Source of the DNA: Leucoraja ocellata
Lineage: Eukaryota
Assembly (NCBI GenBank): GCA_036785375.1
Contig: JAWMAR010000025.1
Location: 8,742,001-8,806,000, forward strand
Direction: 5' to 3'
DNA: 64,000 bases
Of this stretch, positions 62,421 to 64,000 are shown piece after piece. The notes beneath the pieces are model-generated. The model saw only the letters and a list, made by a program, of their open reading frames with translations, was not told where the DNA came from and did no database searches. Every line of letters begins with the position of its first letter. Position 1 is the first letter of the stretch. The position numbers and the translations under genes are program-made.

Positions 62421-63689
62421 TAGCAACATCTTTCATTCCAGTGAAGAGCAGTCTTCAGTTGCATAATGGTGGGTGAAAAATGAAATACCAAACGACCGTG
62501 TCACGACTGTTATCAAAATAACTACTTACCAGCAAATAATGAGCAGCTACACACACATTGATGTAACACAAGTCAAGTAACACTCAACCGCATTGTGGCT
62601 GGATGGAGTGTATGACAAGACCATCAGTTTGTGCCAGAGATTGTACTGTAGTCAGTGATTCATTGAGGAATGCCTTGCAAAATCTTAGAAGCTGCATTAA
62701 TATATCTCGCACCGAAATTCCAACTTGGGTGAATAGAGAAATAAATATAGATATCCGTTAAGTAAATGTGCGAAATGTTGACGTATTGTGTGCAAGGTAT
62801 TTATAGATTTTGAGTGTGTTTGAAATTACTAAGCAGCAATTTCAATTAGACAACGGGCATATACAACTATTATATAAATCATTGCCAGAGGTTAACTTTG
62901 AACATTTTCATTGCTTATTCTGTACCAAGTGGTTAAGACAATTTCCAGGTGAGTCGTACAGGTTTGTAGGTTAATTGGCTTCGGTGAAATTGTAAATTGT
63001 CTCTTGTGTGCAGGGTAGTGCTAGAGTATGGGGTGATTGTTGGTTGGCGCAGACTCGCTGGTCCGAAGAACTGTCTCCACTCTGTATCTTTAAAGTCTAA
63101 AGTGAGTCATCTCCTGTGCATCATCTGCTATGACTCTCTGAAAACTGCAATTCCCACAGTGGATCTATTTAGAACAGTAAATCTAATTATTACAGTAAAT
63201 AGATTCCATTACTCACATACTGAACTCGTTATTTTCATTTTTCTGCACTCGCTTTAGTCCATATATAGCTGTCAAATGTACATTTATTCTTGCAGAACAG
63301 GTGGACAACATGGTGAGTATTCAGACCTCCTCACAATAACAGACTGGCGACGTGTACAAGTGCAACGAGGTTCCTATAACCATCAATATTTCCCAATCTG
63401 TGAACATTAAGAAGAAATTCTGATTTTGCTCTTATGTGCCACAACAGATGACCTCTCACTTACTCTTCATCTGCCATGTAGTTGCCACTCATTCAGTTTA
63501 TTTCGAATCCGTTCGAGCACCTCTGCATCCTTGTCAATTACTCAAATTATAACATATTATACATTTCCCTTCTCTCCTAAAGCATAATATCCTGTAGTTT
63601 TTGAATAACCTACCCCGGGGGGGGGGGGGAATACTGTGACTGTTCACCTTGTATTGCCCTCATGATTTTGTACACCTCCTATAAGGTCG

Positions 63690-63948
63690 ATGATTAGAAT
63701 GGGTGTCAAGGGTTGTGGGGAGAAGGAAAGAAAATGGTATTAGGAGGCAGAGATCAGCCACGATTGAATAGCGGAGAAGACTCGTTATGGCTGAACAGCC
63801 TAATCATAGACAATAGGTGCAGGAGAAGGCCATTCGGCCCTTCGAGCCAGCACCGCCATTCAATGTGATCATGGCTGATCATCCCCAATCAGTACCCCGT
63901 TCCTGCTTTCTCCCCATATCCCCTGACTCCGCTATTTTTAAGAGCCCT
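63690..63948. mobile_element. Two CR1-type tails, tail to tail (+ then -)
   Basis: + tail 63690-63805; minus tail catagacaataggtgcaggagaaggccattcggcccttcgagcc from about 63805. Confidence 0.7.
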
Positions 63949-64000
63949 CTAATTCCACTGCTATAATCTGTGAACCCCTTAACCGCTTTTTTTCCTAGAA

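Noticed and set aside
1-64000. CRISPR arrays, rRNA, tRNA genes, prokaryotic operons
   Set aside because: None seen; the sequence is a spliced vertebrate locus.

Overview
AT-rich vertebrate genomic DNA. The repeat content (CR1-type LINE tails, V-SINE/HE1-like SINEs, Rex1/Babar fragments) points to a cartilaginous fish, probably a skate or ray; this is an inference. The window holds almost the whole coding region of EPB41 (erythrocyte protein 4.1R) on the + strand, from the AUG1 exon (4654) to the stop exon (57865), followed by a probable 3' UTR exon. I traced 19 coding exons with GT-AG boundaries and consistent phases: U1 headpiece, FERM, FA, U2, spectrin-actin binding (SAB), cassette exons 14/15/16/17A/17B, and the CTD. 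The product is about 871 aa without 17A/17B. The mammalian splicing architecture is visibly conserved: the 17-nt exon 2' dual acceptor, AUG2, and the weak exon-16 donor with downstream TGCATG motifs. Main candidates for novelty: (1) an extra exon at 40127 whose frame runs to a stop after a 21-residue hydrophobic helix, which would give a tail-anchored 4.1R isoform; (2) a further in-frame exon candidate at 51107; (3) a family of short Penelope-like repeats carrying minimal hammerhead ribozyme cores, intact only in antisense orientation; (4) small templated-insertion scars. Most entries in the ORF track are spurious or repeat-derived. Repeat coordinates are approximate unless TSDs are given.
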